This document shows positions 1 through 9,628 of a stretch of DNA of 64,000 nucleotides, one piece after another. Below the pieces are notes generated by a model that was not told where the DNA came from, did not search any database, and saw nothing but the letters and a program-made list of their open reading frames with translations. Position 1 is the first letter of the stretch. Every line of letters starts with the position of its first letter. The position numbers were made by a program, and so were the translations under genes. The DNA is taken from assembly GCA_963664705.1 (NCBI GenBank), contig OY761556.1, positions 2,304,001 through 2,368,000 of the forward strand, read 5' to 3'. Origin of the DNA: Acidobacteriota bacterium (GTDB lineage: Bacteria; Acidobacteriota; UBA6911).

Positions 1-1
1 C

Positions 2-361
2 TCGCTCGCCAAGCAGGGTCCCGGTGAAACGATTGCAGGATATGCCACGGAGAAATACCTTCTTCAGGGCCCCATGGAAATGGAAATTCATTCTGCGTCC
101 GCACTCAAAATCCCCTCGGCTTATTACGACATCATGAAGATCCGGATGCCGGCGAACCCGCTGTTCGATATGGGCAAGATGATCGAGGAAATGAAAAAGA
201 TCAACGGCATCCCGCTCAAAACCGTCACCATTATGCGTATGATGGGGCAGGAAATGAAGACCACAAAGGTTGTCACTTCTGTTGACAAGGGCTCCATACC
301 GGCTTCCATATTCGAGGTGCCGGCAGGCTACAAATCAGTTCCATTCAAGATTGGCCAATAA
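2..361 (+). CDS. DUF4412-like domain protein, C-terminal part (5' end outside window)
   Basis: Frame is open from base 2 (SLAKQGPGETIAGYATEKY...GIPLK...SIFEVPAGYK). 'ETIAGY' and the terminal 'FEVPAGY' are typical of DUF4412. Confidence 0.7.
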   Translation, partial: SLAKQGPGETIAGYATEKYLLQGPMEMEIHSASALKIPSAYYDIMKIRMPANPLFDMGKMIEEMKKINGIPLKTVTIMRMMGQEMKTTKVVTSVDKGSIPASIFEVPAGYKSVPFKIGQ

Positions 362-410
362 CCAAGCTGGGAGCGCCTGCCTGGTTGCAAAAAGGCGCAC
401 CCGAATGGGA

Positions 411-455
411 GCCTTGGAGTGCGGTGGCAGGCCGCCGCACTCCAAGGGCTTCGCC
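411..455. repeat. REP-like palindrome (short copy of a family also at 15871-15958 and 18083-18166)
   Basis: CCTTGGAGTGCGG (412-424) and CCGCACTCCAAGG (435-447) form a perfect 13-bp inverted repeat between convergent genes. Confidence 0.75.
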
Positions 456-457
456 AG

Positions 458-2980
458 CTATAAAGCACGCACGCGTTCTTCGAGGTCCTGCGCGATACGG
501 GCGGCATCCGTGTCCGATTCATACCGTACCGGAACTCCTATCCGGACTCTGACGCGCCCCGGCAAAGCAAATATTCGTTTTTGCCTTCTCATCTCGAACA
601 ATCCGTCAATTCGCATGGGAACAACGGGCACACCAAGTTCTGCGGCCAGAATTCCAATTCCTGTCCGGAATGAATCCATATTGCCATCCTGGGTCCGTTT
701 CCCTTCCGGGAAGACGAGTACGGACCAACCGCGGTCCATGGATTCTCCCGCAAAGGAAAAACTCCCTCGAAAACCGCTTTTCTGCGGCAACGGAAAGACA
801 TTAAACAAGGCAACAACAAGGCCGCAGGCCAGTCTTTTCATCCAGCCTCGCAGCCGTCCCTCCCGTGCGGGTGGATGCCGCATCTCCTGCAGCATTTCGC
901 CGTTCATTGCCACTGCAACCCGATGTCGCAAACGGAATGGGAGCGCGGCCAGAATGAACCCGATATCAACCCTGGTGACGTGATTGGAAAGCAACAGGAG
1001 CGGTCCGCGCAGTTTTCTCAGATTCCCGCGTCCCTCAATCCGCGGGGAGGCCAACATGTGCGTTGCCGGCCAAACCAGCAGATAATAGACCCAGAGCCGG
1101 AACCAGGTTACCGGGGCCTTCTGAGCCCATTTCGAATAGGCAACCGCTTCTGGTGGCACAGGTCGATGCAGCATCCGATCGAGATCTCCAACCGTCCGCG
1201 CGGTCGCGAGAGCCGATTCATCCAAATCCACCTGAAACCGGTCTTCGAGTACGCTGAGCAATTCCACTCTTTCGATAGAGCTGAGATTCAGGTCAATGCT
1301 CAGATCTGTCTCGCTCCCAATGCGACCGATCTGTCGGCCGGTAATCTCGCGGATCAGAGCTGCGAGCATACCGGGGCTGTGTTCTTTCTGGGCGGCATCA
1401 GATAATTGCGCCTGAACGAAATCATGAATTGCAGGCATCTGTGGTTTTTGAGTGGAAGTCCTTGGAAAATCATCCTCGGGCCAAACAAACCAGCATCGAA
1501 CCTGCTGATGCTGCGCCAGCAATAGATTGGTTCGTCGGACTATGGCTTCCGGAGAGTGGTTTCCGGGACGGAGCACCAGGACCGCACAGGGTTCTGCATT
1601 CCCATTTTTTTCCGCTCCCAGCACAACACAGTCTCGCACCTCCGGCTGACGGCGAAATTCGACTTCCAGGTCTTCGGGATAAACATTCATCCCCTCGGCG
1701 GTCACAATCATGCTCTTGCGACGCCCTTTGAAATACAGGTTTCCCCGGGAATCCAATGCTCCGATATCGCCGGTATGAAACCAACCGTCCTCACCTGACA
1801 CCGGCCTGTTCTCCGATCCCTGCACATAACTCTTGGCAATGCTGGCACCACGAACAAGTATTTCTCCATCCGGAGCAAGCTTTAGTTCCCGTCCGGGCAG
1901 GACTTTTCCGATGGATCCCTTTCCCAATTTCATCGGATGATTCAGGCTGATCAGTGAAGTGGTTTCGGTAAGGCCATACCCTTGAATGACGGCAAACCCG
2001 AGCCGGCCCCAGAATTGCTCCGTATCCGCACTGAGGCTGGCACCGCCGGAAATCAACGCCCAAAATTTCCACCCCAGTTGATTGTGAATGCCGCGGAAGC
2101 GCCACCAACGGCGGAGAAAATGCTCTTCCTCGGCCGCCTTGAATTGCCGGACAAATGCATCCGAAGCCATTTTTGCTTTCAGATCGTGCTCGAATTTATC
2201 GCGAAGACTGTCCAGAATTCTGGGCACAGCAATGAGAACGGATATTTTCTCGCGTTTTATTGTACGGACAATTTCCGTGGGATTCAGGCTGTCCTGAAAA
2301 ACCACAACGCTTCCCAATATCTGCGGAATGAACAAACCGAGGAACTGTCCGAACACATGGCTGAGCGGCAGGAGATTCAAAAAGCGCAGCGGGTGAACGA
2401 CTCTCTCATATTTCAGGTATTTGCGAATTTCCCGATCAAGCGGCTCCAGATTTGCGAGAACATTCCGGTGGCTCAGAACCACACCCTTTGGAATTGCTGT
2501 GGTTCCAGAGGTAAAAACGATCTCCACAGGGTCTGAAGCCTTCAAGATTTCGGTCGGGAAAGGCTCCGAAGAATGGAGTGCCAGTAATTCAGATAATGAA
2601 TCCAGCAGGAGGGTTGGACACGCAGCCTCCGGCATCTGAAGATCTCGAGAGCGAATGCAAAGCCTGGTATCCGTCTGCAGACAAACGCGGTGTACGAATT
2701 CCGAAGAAGCGGCGCGATCCATTGGCACAACAATGGCGCCCCGCAGGATACATCCGAAGAAGCAGACTGCCCACTCGGGAGAATTATCGCCCCAGAGGAT
2801 GATCTTGTCTCCAGGGCCAATTCCCCTCTTGAGCAACTCCCTCGCCAATTGACGGCTGGCTTTTCCGATCTGCCGGTAGGACCATCGCTGGATTCGATAG
2901 CCACGCCGGATCACGTACGCTGTTTCGTTGCCCCGGCCATAGAAATTCTCTACGATCTGAGCCAGCGTTGGTTCTTGCAT
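458..2980 (-). CDS. AMP-binding acyl-CoA/ACP ligase - acyl carrier - PlsC-type acyltransferase fusion
   Basis: FTSGTTAIPKGV, GYGLTE and WFHTGDIG (AMP-binding); DLNLSSIERVEL (carrier-domain Ser); SNHVTRVD and FPEGKRT (LPLAT). Confidence 0.9.
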   Translation of the reverse strand: MQEPTLAQIVENFYGRGNETAYVIRRGYRIQRWSYRQIGKASRQLARELLKRGIGPGDKIILWGDNSPEWAVCFFGCILRGAIVVPMDRAASSEFVHRVCLQTDTRLCIRSRDLQMPEAACPTLLLDSLSELLALHSSEPFPTEILKASDPVEIVFTSGTTAIPKGVVLSHRNVLANLEPLDREIRKYLKYERVVHPLRFLNLLPLSHVFGQFLGLFIPQILGSVVVFQDSLNPTEIVRTIKREKISVLIAVPRILDSLRDKFEHDLKAKMASDAFVRQFKAAEEEHFLRRWWRFRGIHNQLGWKFWALISGGASLSADTEQFWGRLGFAVIQGYGLTETTSLISLNHPMKLGKGSIGKVLPGRELKLAPDGEILVRGASIAKSYVQGSENRPVSGEDGWFHTGDIGALDSRGNLYFKGRRKSMIVTAEGMNVYPEDLEVEFRRQPEVRDCVVLGAEKNGNAEPCAVLVLRPGNHSPEAIVRRTNLLLAQHQQVRCWFVWPEDDFPRTSTQKPQMPAIHDFVQAQLSDAAQKEHSPGMLAALIREITGRQIGRIGSETDLSIDLNLSSIERVELLSVLEDRFQVDLDESALATARTVGDLDRMLHRPVPPEAVAYSKWAQKAPVTWFRLWVYYLLVWPATHMLASPRIEGRGNLRKLRGPLLLLSNHVTRVDIGFILAALPFRLRHRVAVAMNGEMLQEMRHPPAREGRLRGWMKRLACGLVVALFNVFPLPQKSGFRGSFSFAGESMDRGWSVLVFPEGKRTQDGNMDSFRTGIGILAAELGVPVVPMRIDGLFEMRRQKRIFALPGRVRVRIGVPVRYESDTDAARIAQDLEERVRAL

Positions 2981-2998
2981 GTCTTCTCGAAGAGTTTG

Positions 2999-3559
2999 TC
3001 AGATCGGCCGAACGTCGGAAGCATCGATCTCCACGGAAACAGCCTGTCGAATCAGATCGACCTGGATAACGAAGCGGAATCTCCCCCGCTTCTCAACCAG
3101 CAGTCCATGGATCCCTTTCAAAGGGCCGGCGGTCACCTCTACACGCGTGCCGATCTGCATATACGGATAGGGATCGACCGCAATGCTGGATTCCAGGAAC
3201 TTTCTTACATATTCGATCTGCTCATCGGGGATCACGTCGGCGTGCCCTTCCAGTCCGACAAACCTGACAGCTCCGGGAATGTTAAGGATCCTGAAGCGGT
3301 TTTCAGGAGAATCCACATGATTTACAAAAATGTATCCGGAGAAGAGTGGAATCCAGATCCTTTTTTTTCTGTCCTTCCAGCGGCTGAGCACTTCGCGCAT
3401 GGGAAGAAACACTTCAATATTCCTATCCGTTAGTTCGCCGAGCATCTTCTTTTCGAAACGACTGCGGGTATACAAGGCAAACCATTGAGATTTCCGAATA
3501 TTCTGTTCAGCGGTGTTTACAAGCGCATGGTCGACGGGATGGTCAGGTTTGATAATCAT
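2999..3559 (-). CDS. UpxY/LoaP/RfaH-type NusG-paralog transcription antiterminator
   Basis: WFALYTRSRFEKK...PLFSGYIFV NGN domain and C-terminal KOW (GTRVEVTAGPLKG). ATG at 3559 chosen; the ORF is open to 3616. Confidence 0.88.
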   Translation of the reverse strand: MIIKPDHPVDHALVNTAEQNIRKSQWFALYTRSRFEKKMLGELTDRNIEVFLPMREVLSRWKDRKKRIWIPLFSGYIFVNHVDSPENRFRILNIPGAVRFVGLEGHADVIPDEQIEYVRKFLESSIAVDPYPYMQIGTRVEVTAGPLKGIHGLLVEKRGRFRFVIQVDLIRQAVSVEIDASDVRPI

Positions 3560-3793
3560 TTTTCCCGAAACTGCGACGAAAATCCATTCGATCCCCTGAA
3601 TGGAATGGAAATCCAACTTTGGCTAAGGCCCTGAATCAGGGCGTTTCGATTTCGCGTTGACTATAGCCGCTGGCCCCGGCACTGTCAAGTTGACACTCGG
3701 TATCTATTTGATCCTTTGAGTCTTCGGGACTTCAGGTTAAACTCAAATGCTTGTGAGTCGCTTGTGTTTTCGAGTGCGGTGGAGGTTGTTTTG

Positions 3794-4762
3794 ATGCCGG
3801 TGATTGTGGATGCCTTTGATGTGAATGCCCTGGTAACTGCGGCGGGGGTTATCCGAAAAGGGGGACTGGTCGCGTTCCCCACCGAAACGGTGTATGGGCT
3901 TGGCGCCGATGCAAGCAATCCTATCGCGGTAGCCGGGATTTTCGAAGCGAAGGCGCGACCCAAGATTGACCCTGTAATCGTCCATGTCTCAGATCCGGCC
4001 ATGGCCGCAAAATATGGAATATTTCCTCCAGCAGCCCTGCCCCTGATGAATCACTTTTGGCCGGGCGCTCTTACCTTGGTTGTACCCAAAACAACGGCGG
4101 TGCCGTCCATTGTCACCGCGGGTCTCGACACCGTGGCGATACGTGTTCCATCCCACCCGGCCGCGCTGGCATTCCTGCGAGCCTGCGGCTGCGCCATCGC
4201 CGCCCCCAGCGCCAACGCATTCGGATATGCCAGCCCGACCACAGCCCAGCATGTTGCAGAAAGCCTGGGAAACAAGGTTGATCTGATTCTGGATGGCGGT
4301 CCATGCTCGATTGGAGTGGAATCCACCATTGTTTCGCTATCCGGCCCTATTCCCGCAGTTCTGCGCGCAGGAGGCGTTCCGGTTGAGGAACTCTCCTCGA
4401 TCGTGGGAGAAATAAGGGTGCTGATCGGGACGGAGGAGCGGCCTGTGGTACCGGGCCAGTTGAGGCGGCATTATGCCACGCGCACGCCGCTGGAGATCGT
4501 GGATGAAAACGCTGAAGTGTTGAATCCATCCGAACAAATTGGGCTGCTCTGCCTGGTCGAACCTGCAAATCGATTACCCTATAAAGCCATAGAGATTCTT
4601 TCGCCCTCCGGCAATCTTCGTGAAGCCGCGGCCAACTTCTTTGGTGCACTTCGGCGACTGGACGCTTTATCCCTGGATAGAATTATTGCCAGGCCACTGC
4701 CGCAGCAAGGGCTGGGGCTTGCCCTCATGGATCGTCTGCAGCGAGCCGCAGCCCGAGAGTAG
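3794..4762 (+). CDS. sua5: L-threonylcarbamoyladenylate synthase, Sua5 type
   Basis: GGLVAFPTETVYGLGADA, AAPSAN, GVESTIV, C-terminal SUA5 domain (PGQLRRHYA); SD GGAGG at 3781. Confidence 0.93.
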   Translation: MPVIVDAFDVNALVTAAGVIRKGGLVAFPTETVYGLGADASNPIAVAGIFEAKARPKIDPVIVHVSDPAMAAKYGIFPPAALPLMNHFWPGALTLVVPKTTAVPSIVTAGLDTVAIRVPSHPAALAFLRACGCAIAAPSANAFGYASPTTAQHVAESLGNKVDLILDGGPCSIGVESTIVSLSGPIPAVLRAGGVPVEELSSIVGEIRVLIGTEERPVVPGQLRRHYATRTPLEIVDENAEVLNPSEQIGLLCLVEPANRLPYKAIEILSPSGNLREAAANFFGALRRLDALSLDRIIARPLPQQGLGLALMDRLQRAAARE

Positions 4763-4896
4763 TTCTCATGCCGCCAGGTATTGTTTGTATTTCCTTGCGG
4801 TGGAGGAGCGCGAAAACTCGTGCTAAGATCGAGAGGATGTTTGACTGTAACGTTCTTGAAACCCACGAAGCTCACGAGCGGCACCGAAGATAAACC

Positions 4897-5829
4897 ATGG
4901 CTCATTCCATAGGAACTCCCTTTTTCTGGACTTCATTCATTGTTGTAGTTTTGTTTCTGCTTTCTCTGGACCTGGGAGTCTTCCACCGGCACGCCCACGC
5001 GGTGACAGTACGGGAGGCCACGCTCTGGAGCATCGTGTGGATTATCCTCTCATGCTCATTTGGAATGTGGGTTTACGGGAATTTCGGAAAGCAGTATGGT
5101 CTGGAGTTTTTTACAGGGTATCTGATTGAGTATGCCCTAAGCGTCGACAATGTTTTCGTCTTCATCATTATCTTCAGCTACTTCGGTGTCCCATCCAAGC
5201 TCCACCATCGTGTTCTTTTCTGGGGAATCCTGAGCGCGCTCCTGATGCGGGCCACATTTATCATTGCGGGCGCGGCCCTCATCAGCTCGTTTCACTGGAT
5301 TCTGTATATCTTTGGGGCATTCCTGGTTTTTACCGGAATCAAGATTCTGAAGCAGGGAGATGCCGAGGTGGAACCGGAGCGGAATCCTGTGGTGAAGCTC
5401 TTTCGGCGGATTGTACCCATGTCCTCCGGCTATGAATCGGGCAGGTTCCTTACAAGACAGGGGGGTGCCACCGTGGCAACGCCGCTGGCATTGGTGCTCG
5501 TCACTGTTGAAGCCACAGATCTCGTATTTGCCACGGACTCCATCCCGGCAATTTTCGGCATTACGAGAGATCCTTTTATCGTCTACACCTCGAACATATG
5601 CGCGATTCTCGGGCTGCGCTCCATGTATTTTCTGCTTTCCGCTGTGATTCGCAAATTCACCTATCTGGGAATCGGGCTCGGAATTGTGCTGATGTTCATT
5701 GGGCTCAAGATGCTTGCAAGCGGTTTTTACGTGGTACCGATCGGATTGTCACTTGGGATCGTTGCCGCGATACTGGTTGGATCGGTGATGGTGTCACTTC
5801 TTTTCCCGGCCAAAAACCAGGAATCGTAA
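4897..5829 (+). CDS. TerC/Alx family membrane protein
   Basis: GYLIEYALSVDNVFVF, HRVLFWGIL, DLVFATDSIPAIFGIT.DPFIVYTSN motifs; multiple transmembrane segments. Confidence 0.93.
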   Translation: MAHSIGTPFFWTSFIVVVLFLLSLDLGVFHRHAHAVTVREATLWSIVWIILSCSFGMWVYGNFGKQYGLEFFTGYLIEYALSVDNVFVFIIIFSYFGVPSKLHHRVLFWGILSALLMRATFIIAGAALISSFHWILYIFGAFLVFTGIKILKQGDAEVEPERNPVVKLFRRIVPMSSGYESGRFLTRQGGATVATPLALVLVTVEATDLVFATDSIPAIFGITRDPFIVYTSNICAILGLRSMYFLLSAVIRKFTYLGIGLGIVLMFIGLKMLASGFYVVPIGLSLGIVAAILVGSVMVSLLFPAKNQES

Positions 5830-5862
5830 GGCAGAATTTTACAAAGCGGGATATATCCCAAT

Positions 5863-5889
5863 CGTGGTGGAATGGGTCATTCCACCACG
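5863..5889. terminator. Hairpin between convergent terC and mglA
   Basis: CGTGGTGGAATG-GGT-CATTCCACCACG, perfect 12-bp stem. Confidence 0.6.
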
Positions 5890-5910
5890 GAATTAAGAAA
5901 CCGGTGATTC

Positions 5911-6498
5911 CTAGGCGCTTTTTCGGAGCTCGACCAGAACCTGTCGCGCCACGGCTTTCAGCGTCGTCAACACGCCCACACCCTGAGGTGCAACCGCCTC
6001 AATGACCGGCTCCCCTTTAACCTGGAGTTGACGCGTCAGCTCGTCTGCAGGCATTGCATTCGGCATATCGCGCTTGTTCAACTGCAGGACATAGGGGATT
6101 TTCTGAATATCAAATCCCTGTTCCTGGAGATTTTCGGTCAAGTTGGAGAGAGATTCCAGATTCGCATCGAAGCGCTCCTCCTGGGAATCCGCCACGAATA
6201 CGACGCCGTCTACTCCCTTCAAGATAAGCTTGCGGCTGGAGTCATAGAATACCTGGCCCGGAACCGTATACAGGTGGAAACGTGTGCGGAATCCACGAAT
6301 CTGTCCGAAATCAATCGGAAGGAAATCGAAAAAGAGTGTGCGCTCGGTCTCGGTGGCAAGAGAAATAAGCTTGCCTTTGTTCTCATTGCTCGTGATCTGG
6401 TACACGTACTGCAGATTGGTCGTTTTCCCTCCCAACCCGGGTCCGTAGTACACAATCTTACAGTTGATTTCCCTTGCTACATAATTTATGAAGGTCAC
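5911..6498 (-). CDS. mglA: MglA small Ras-like GTPase
   Basis: REINCKIVYYGPGLGGKTTNL, ETERTLFFDFLP, TVPGQ, NKRD. Confidence 0.95.
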   Translation of the reverse strand: MTFINYVAREINCKIVYYGPGLGGKTTNLQYVYQITSNENKGKLISLATETERTLFFDFLPIDFGQIRGFRTRFHLYTVPGQVFYDSSRKLILKGVDGVVFVADSQEERFDANLESLSNLTENLQEQGFDIQKIPYVLQLNKRDMPNAMPADELTRQLQVKGEPVIEAVAPQGVGVLTTLKAVARQVLVELRKSA

Positions 6499-6523
6499 CG
6501 CTCAATCCTTCAGTCAAAGTAGA

Positions 6524-7045
6524 TTAATATTGCCTTCCCAGCAACTCTTCGATTTCCTCATCGCTGAATTGCGGAATACTCATCACATTCTCAGCTTTTT
6601 CAATCCTGCGCTGGAAATCCCGGATGACGTCTTCCAACAGCAGCGTTGTGCGTTTGCACTTGTATCGAACCAACCCGGAGGATGCCGTTGCATCAAAAAC
6701 GAGCACGAGCGAAAACCGCTTCAGCAGATCGGAAATAAAGATACTGCGCCGGCTTCCTTGATGGACGAGAACAGAAAACTCCCGTTCTCCAACTATGTTT
6801 GCCAGGCCATCGGTAGCCGCAAGATTGGCGGCTGCCAGCGAAGCCAAGGCTGTGTAATCGATGTTGTCTGCAGGCCCTGAAATGACGATGGGCTGACCAC
6901 TTCGACTGATCAGCAGCACCAGTTGAGCCCGTAACTCACTCTGCATCTTGGTGAGGATCGCATGAATACGCTTGAACTCAGCCTCGTGCAGATTGAAATT
7001 ACTTGAGTTCATATCCGTATTGCTGGGCGAAACCGTTGAGTACAT
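6524..7045 (-). CDS. mglB: MglB roadblock/LC7 GTPase-activating protein
   Basis: ALASLAAANLAATDGLA..VGEREF, LGLVR-like motif, acidic C-terminal helix FSDEEIEELL; directly upstream of mglA. Start may be 7012. Confidence 0.88.
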   Translation of the reverse strand: MYSTVSPSNTDMNSSNFNLHEAEFKRIHAILTKMQSELRAQLVLLISRSGQPIVISGPADNIDYTALASLAAANLAATDGLANIVGEREFSVLVHQGSRRSIFISDLLKRFSLVLVFDATASSGLVRYKCKRTTLLLEDVIRDFQRRIEKAENVMSIPQFSDEEIEELLGRQY

Positions 7046-7259
7046 AAGTATTTAGCCCATCCTTGCCATGTCAGTGCCGGCAATTGGCGCAGGCAGGCTC
7101 CTTTACCTGCGGCCTGAGGCTCCTCAAAAGCGGAGTATTCAGTTAAAAAGATCTTGCGCTTGACTTATCGGCTGTATTTTCGTAATAATCACGTCAAAAT
7201 TTTAGGATCGATGATCTATAGAGACAAGTTATTTGCCTTTATGGATTTATAGGATATTG

Positions 7260-8072
7260 ATGGCGAGGGCTCTGGCAAACAAAAAAACCGCAGGACAAAA
7301 AGCGCAGAAGGTTGTCCGTCCCGCACCAAAGGCAAAACCGAAAAAAGCCTCAAAACCTTCACCGAGCAAATCGTTGAAAGTTAAGGGACTTACGGCGAAA
7401 CCAAAGTCCAGGGACGCGGCGGCTGCTGCTAAAGATACGTCCCCCGCCAAACAGAAGTTTATTCATAAGGAAAGCATGATAATGGAAGTGGAATCCGGTA
7501 AGGCCGCATCGAGGACAGCGGCTCCTTCTGCCCTTGATGCAGCCCCTCGCCTGTTGCGTCACACCAAGACAACGTCGGCCGCGCTTGCCCTTCTGGAAAA
7601 GGGCATTGAGCTGATCTTTCAAAAGGAGTTTAAAAAAGCCAGGACTGAACTCAAGGCCCTCGTGGAAACATACCCTGGCGAGCTGGATATTCTTGCACGG
7701 GCCCGCAGCTATATCCAGATCTGCGATCGAGAGGAAGCGGCACAGAAAAAGCAATCCATCTCCACCGATCAAATGTATACGCTGGGCGTCCTGGAGCACA
7801 ACAAGGGCAACTACGATGCAGCGATTACCTATTTTCGCCAATCCCTTGAAAAACACCCGGGAGCAGATTACATCTATTACTCCGTGGCCGCTTCACAGGC
7901 GATGAAGGGAAATGCGGTTGAATCGATTGAAAATCTCCGCAAGGCCGTTGAACTGAATGAAGACAGCCGCATCTACGCTAAAAACGACAGCGATTTCTCC
8001 TCCCTGCAGGCTAGAAAAGAGTTTGCGGAGTTGGTTGGGATCACCCCTGTTCCGGGTACCGAACCGCAATAA
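7260..8072 (+). CDS. TPR protein with Lys/Ala/Pro-rich N-terminus
   Basis: Low-complexity AKP-rich first ~100 aa, then TPR helices (YTLGVLEHNKGNYDAAITYF; YYSVAAS...NLRKAVELN...AKNDSDF). Confidence 0.8.
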   Translation: MARALANKKTAGQKAQKVVRPAPKAKPKKASKPSPSKSLKVKGLTAKPKSRDAAAAAKDTSPAKQKFIHKESMIMEVESGKAASRTAAPSALDAAPRLLRHTKTTSAALALLEKGIELIFQKEFKKARTELKALVETYPGELDILARARSYIQICDREEAAQKKQSISTDQMYTLGVLEHNKGNYDAAITYFRQSLEKHPGADYIYYSVAASQAMKGNAVESIENLRKAVELNEDSRIYAKNDSDFSSLQARKEFAELVGITPVPGTEPQ

Positions 8073-8108
8073 CAATTCCGAGGACTGACTTAGCCCAGCG
8101 GATCCGCC

Positions 8109-8519
8109 ATGATCAAGTGTAAAAATTGCATTAACTGGCTGGATGAAAGTCTGGAGCAAATCCAGGCAGATCAAAGCAACCGGCCCCATGTCTTCATGGG
8201 ATGCCGGATCTTTGGCTTTCAGGAAAATAACGCGGAAGTGGAGAGCTGCGAATATTACGTTCTCAGCGAAAACCTCTTTACCATTTGCAGCTCTTGCCGC
8301 ATTACGGTTCCCAAAGTCTGTGTTTCCCTGGGAGAATGTGCCAACTGCACAGATACGGATCTATTCTGCGTCGATCACTGCCTGGGAGATGAGAACAGAA
8401 AATACTGCACTCATTTTGTCCGGTTGAATACTGAAGGACTTCAGCTGATCGACGGCGACAATAATGAAGTGTTCGATCTGTTCCCTTCGATAGGAATGCC
8501 CGGCAGTCAAAAACCCTGA
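8109..8519 (+). CDS. Cysteine-rich hypothetical protein (12 Cys), probable metal-binding
   Basis: 136-aa ORF with CKNC, CSSC, CANC and CVDHC; fills the gap between the TPR gene and cysE. Confidence 0.7.
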   Translation: MIKCKNCINWLDESLEQIQADQSNRPHVFMGCRIFGFQENNAEVESCEYYVLSENLFTICSSCRITVPKVCVSLGECANCTDTDLFCVDHCLGDENRKYCTHFVRLNTEGLQLIDGDNNEVFDLFPSIGMPGSQKP

Positions 8520-8534
8520 GCTGCCGAAATATTC

Positions 8535-9473
8535 TCAAATCACCCAGTTGATATCGCCATCCTGGAGAGTCCCGACATTCAGCCCGCCTCTCCCCTGCGA
8601 AATTGAGCTCCCCGGCGGCACGCTCTGGGTGAGCCAGACATTGCCTCCAATGACTGATCCCGCGCCAACGGTAATCCGGCCCAGAATGGTCGCACCGGCA
8701 TAAATCACGACGTCATCTTCGATGATCGGGTGTCGATCGATGCCCTTGATGGGAGCCCCCTTCTCATCTAACGGAAAGCTCTTCGCACCCAATGTCACTC
8801 CCTGGTAGATGCGCACGCGCTCGCCAATAATGGCCGTCTCTCCGATCACCACGCCGGTCCCATGATCGATGAAAAAGCTTTTGCTGATTCTGGCCCCGGG
8901 ATGAATATCAATGCCGGTGGCGCTGTGCGCGTTTTCGCTGATGATGCGCGGAATGATGGGAACGCCCAGCTTATACAGTTCATGCGCTACACGATGATTG
9001 GTTATTGCAAAGATGCCGGGATAGCAAAAGATGGTTTCACTGGGACTCTTGGCGGCTGGATCTCCCGCGTATGCCGCCTCAACGTCATGGGCAAGCAGCA
9101 TCATGATATCCGGAACGCGGTCCAGGAATTCCGCGGTTATTTTTTCTGCCCTTCCCGCGCACTGCTCTACTCCAAGATGATCCTCACATGCGAAACAGAA
9201 TCCCCGGCGGATCTGCTCCTGCAGCCCGAGCGCCACGTGATCCAGGATCGCGCCCGTCCTGAAAAATATGCCTTCTTCGCTGTATTCGGATAGCCCGAAA
9301 TAGCCGGGAAACAGGACCGCGCGCAATTGCTGCATGATTTCGAGGCAGCTGTCCCGGGAAGGCAATTCCACCCTGCAGGATCTTGGAGCGTCCGGATGAA
9401 AAGAGAGGTTTCTGCTGGCCAGAACCATCCGGCTGGCAACGGCTTCAATGTGATACTTCCCCTTTATGCTCAT
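8535..9473 (-). CDS. cysE: Serine O-acetyltransferase
   Basis: AYAGDPAA, TGIDIHPGA, FFIDHGTGVVIGET, IYQGVTLGA, RHP hexapeptide repeats. Confidence 0.93.
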   Translation of the reverse strand: MSIKGKYHIEAVASRMVLASRNLSFHPDAPRSCRVELPSRDSCLEIMQQLRAVLFPGYFGLSEYSEEGIFFRTGAILDHVALGLQEQIRRGFCFACEDHLGVEQCAGRAEKITAEFLDRVPDIMMLLAHDVEAAYAGDPAAKSPSETIFCYPGIFAITNHRVAHELYKLGVPIIPRIISENAHSATGIDIHPGARISKSFFIDHGTGVVIGETAIIGERVRIYQGVTLGAKSFPLDEKGAPIKGIDRHPIIEDDVVIYAGATILGRITVGAGSVIGGNVWLTQSVPPGSSISQGRGGLNVGTLQDGDINWVI

Positions 9474-9628
9474 CGATGCAGCCTCCTGACTGCGTAATCA
9501 AGGCAGTCCTACATCTAATTGTATCCGAGATGTGGAAAGTCAAAGAAGAAGCAAAACCATATCGACCGCCGCTGGAACGAGCAGGCACCAAAAGCTGTGT
9601 CCCGTAACGATGAGGCGGTCCAGGGAAT

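Noticed and set aside
3620-3700. ops/JUMPstart element for the NusG paralog
   Set aside because: No GGCGGTAG on either strand
4763-4896. yybP-ykoY Mn riboswitch expected upstream of terC/alx
   Set aside because: The hallmark GGGGAGTAG and GAGACC elements are not visible
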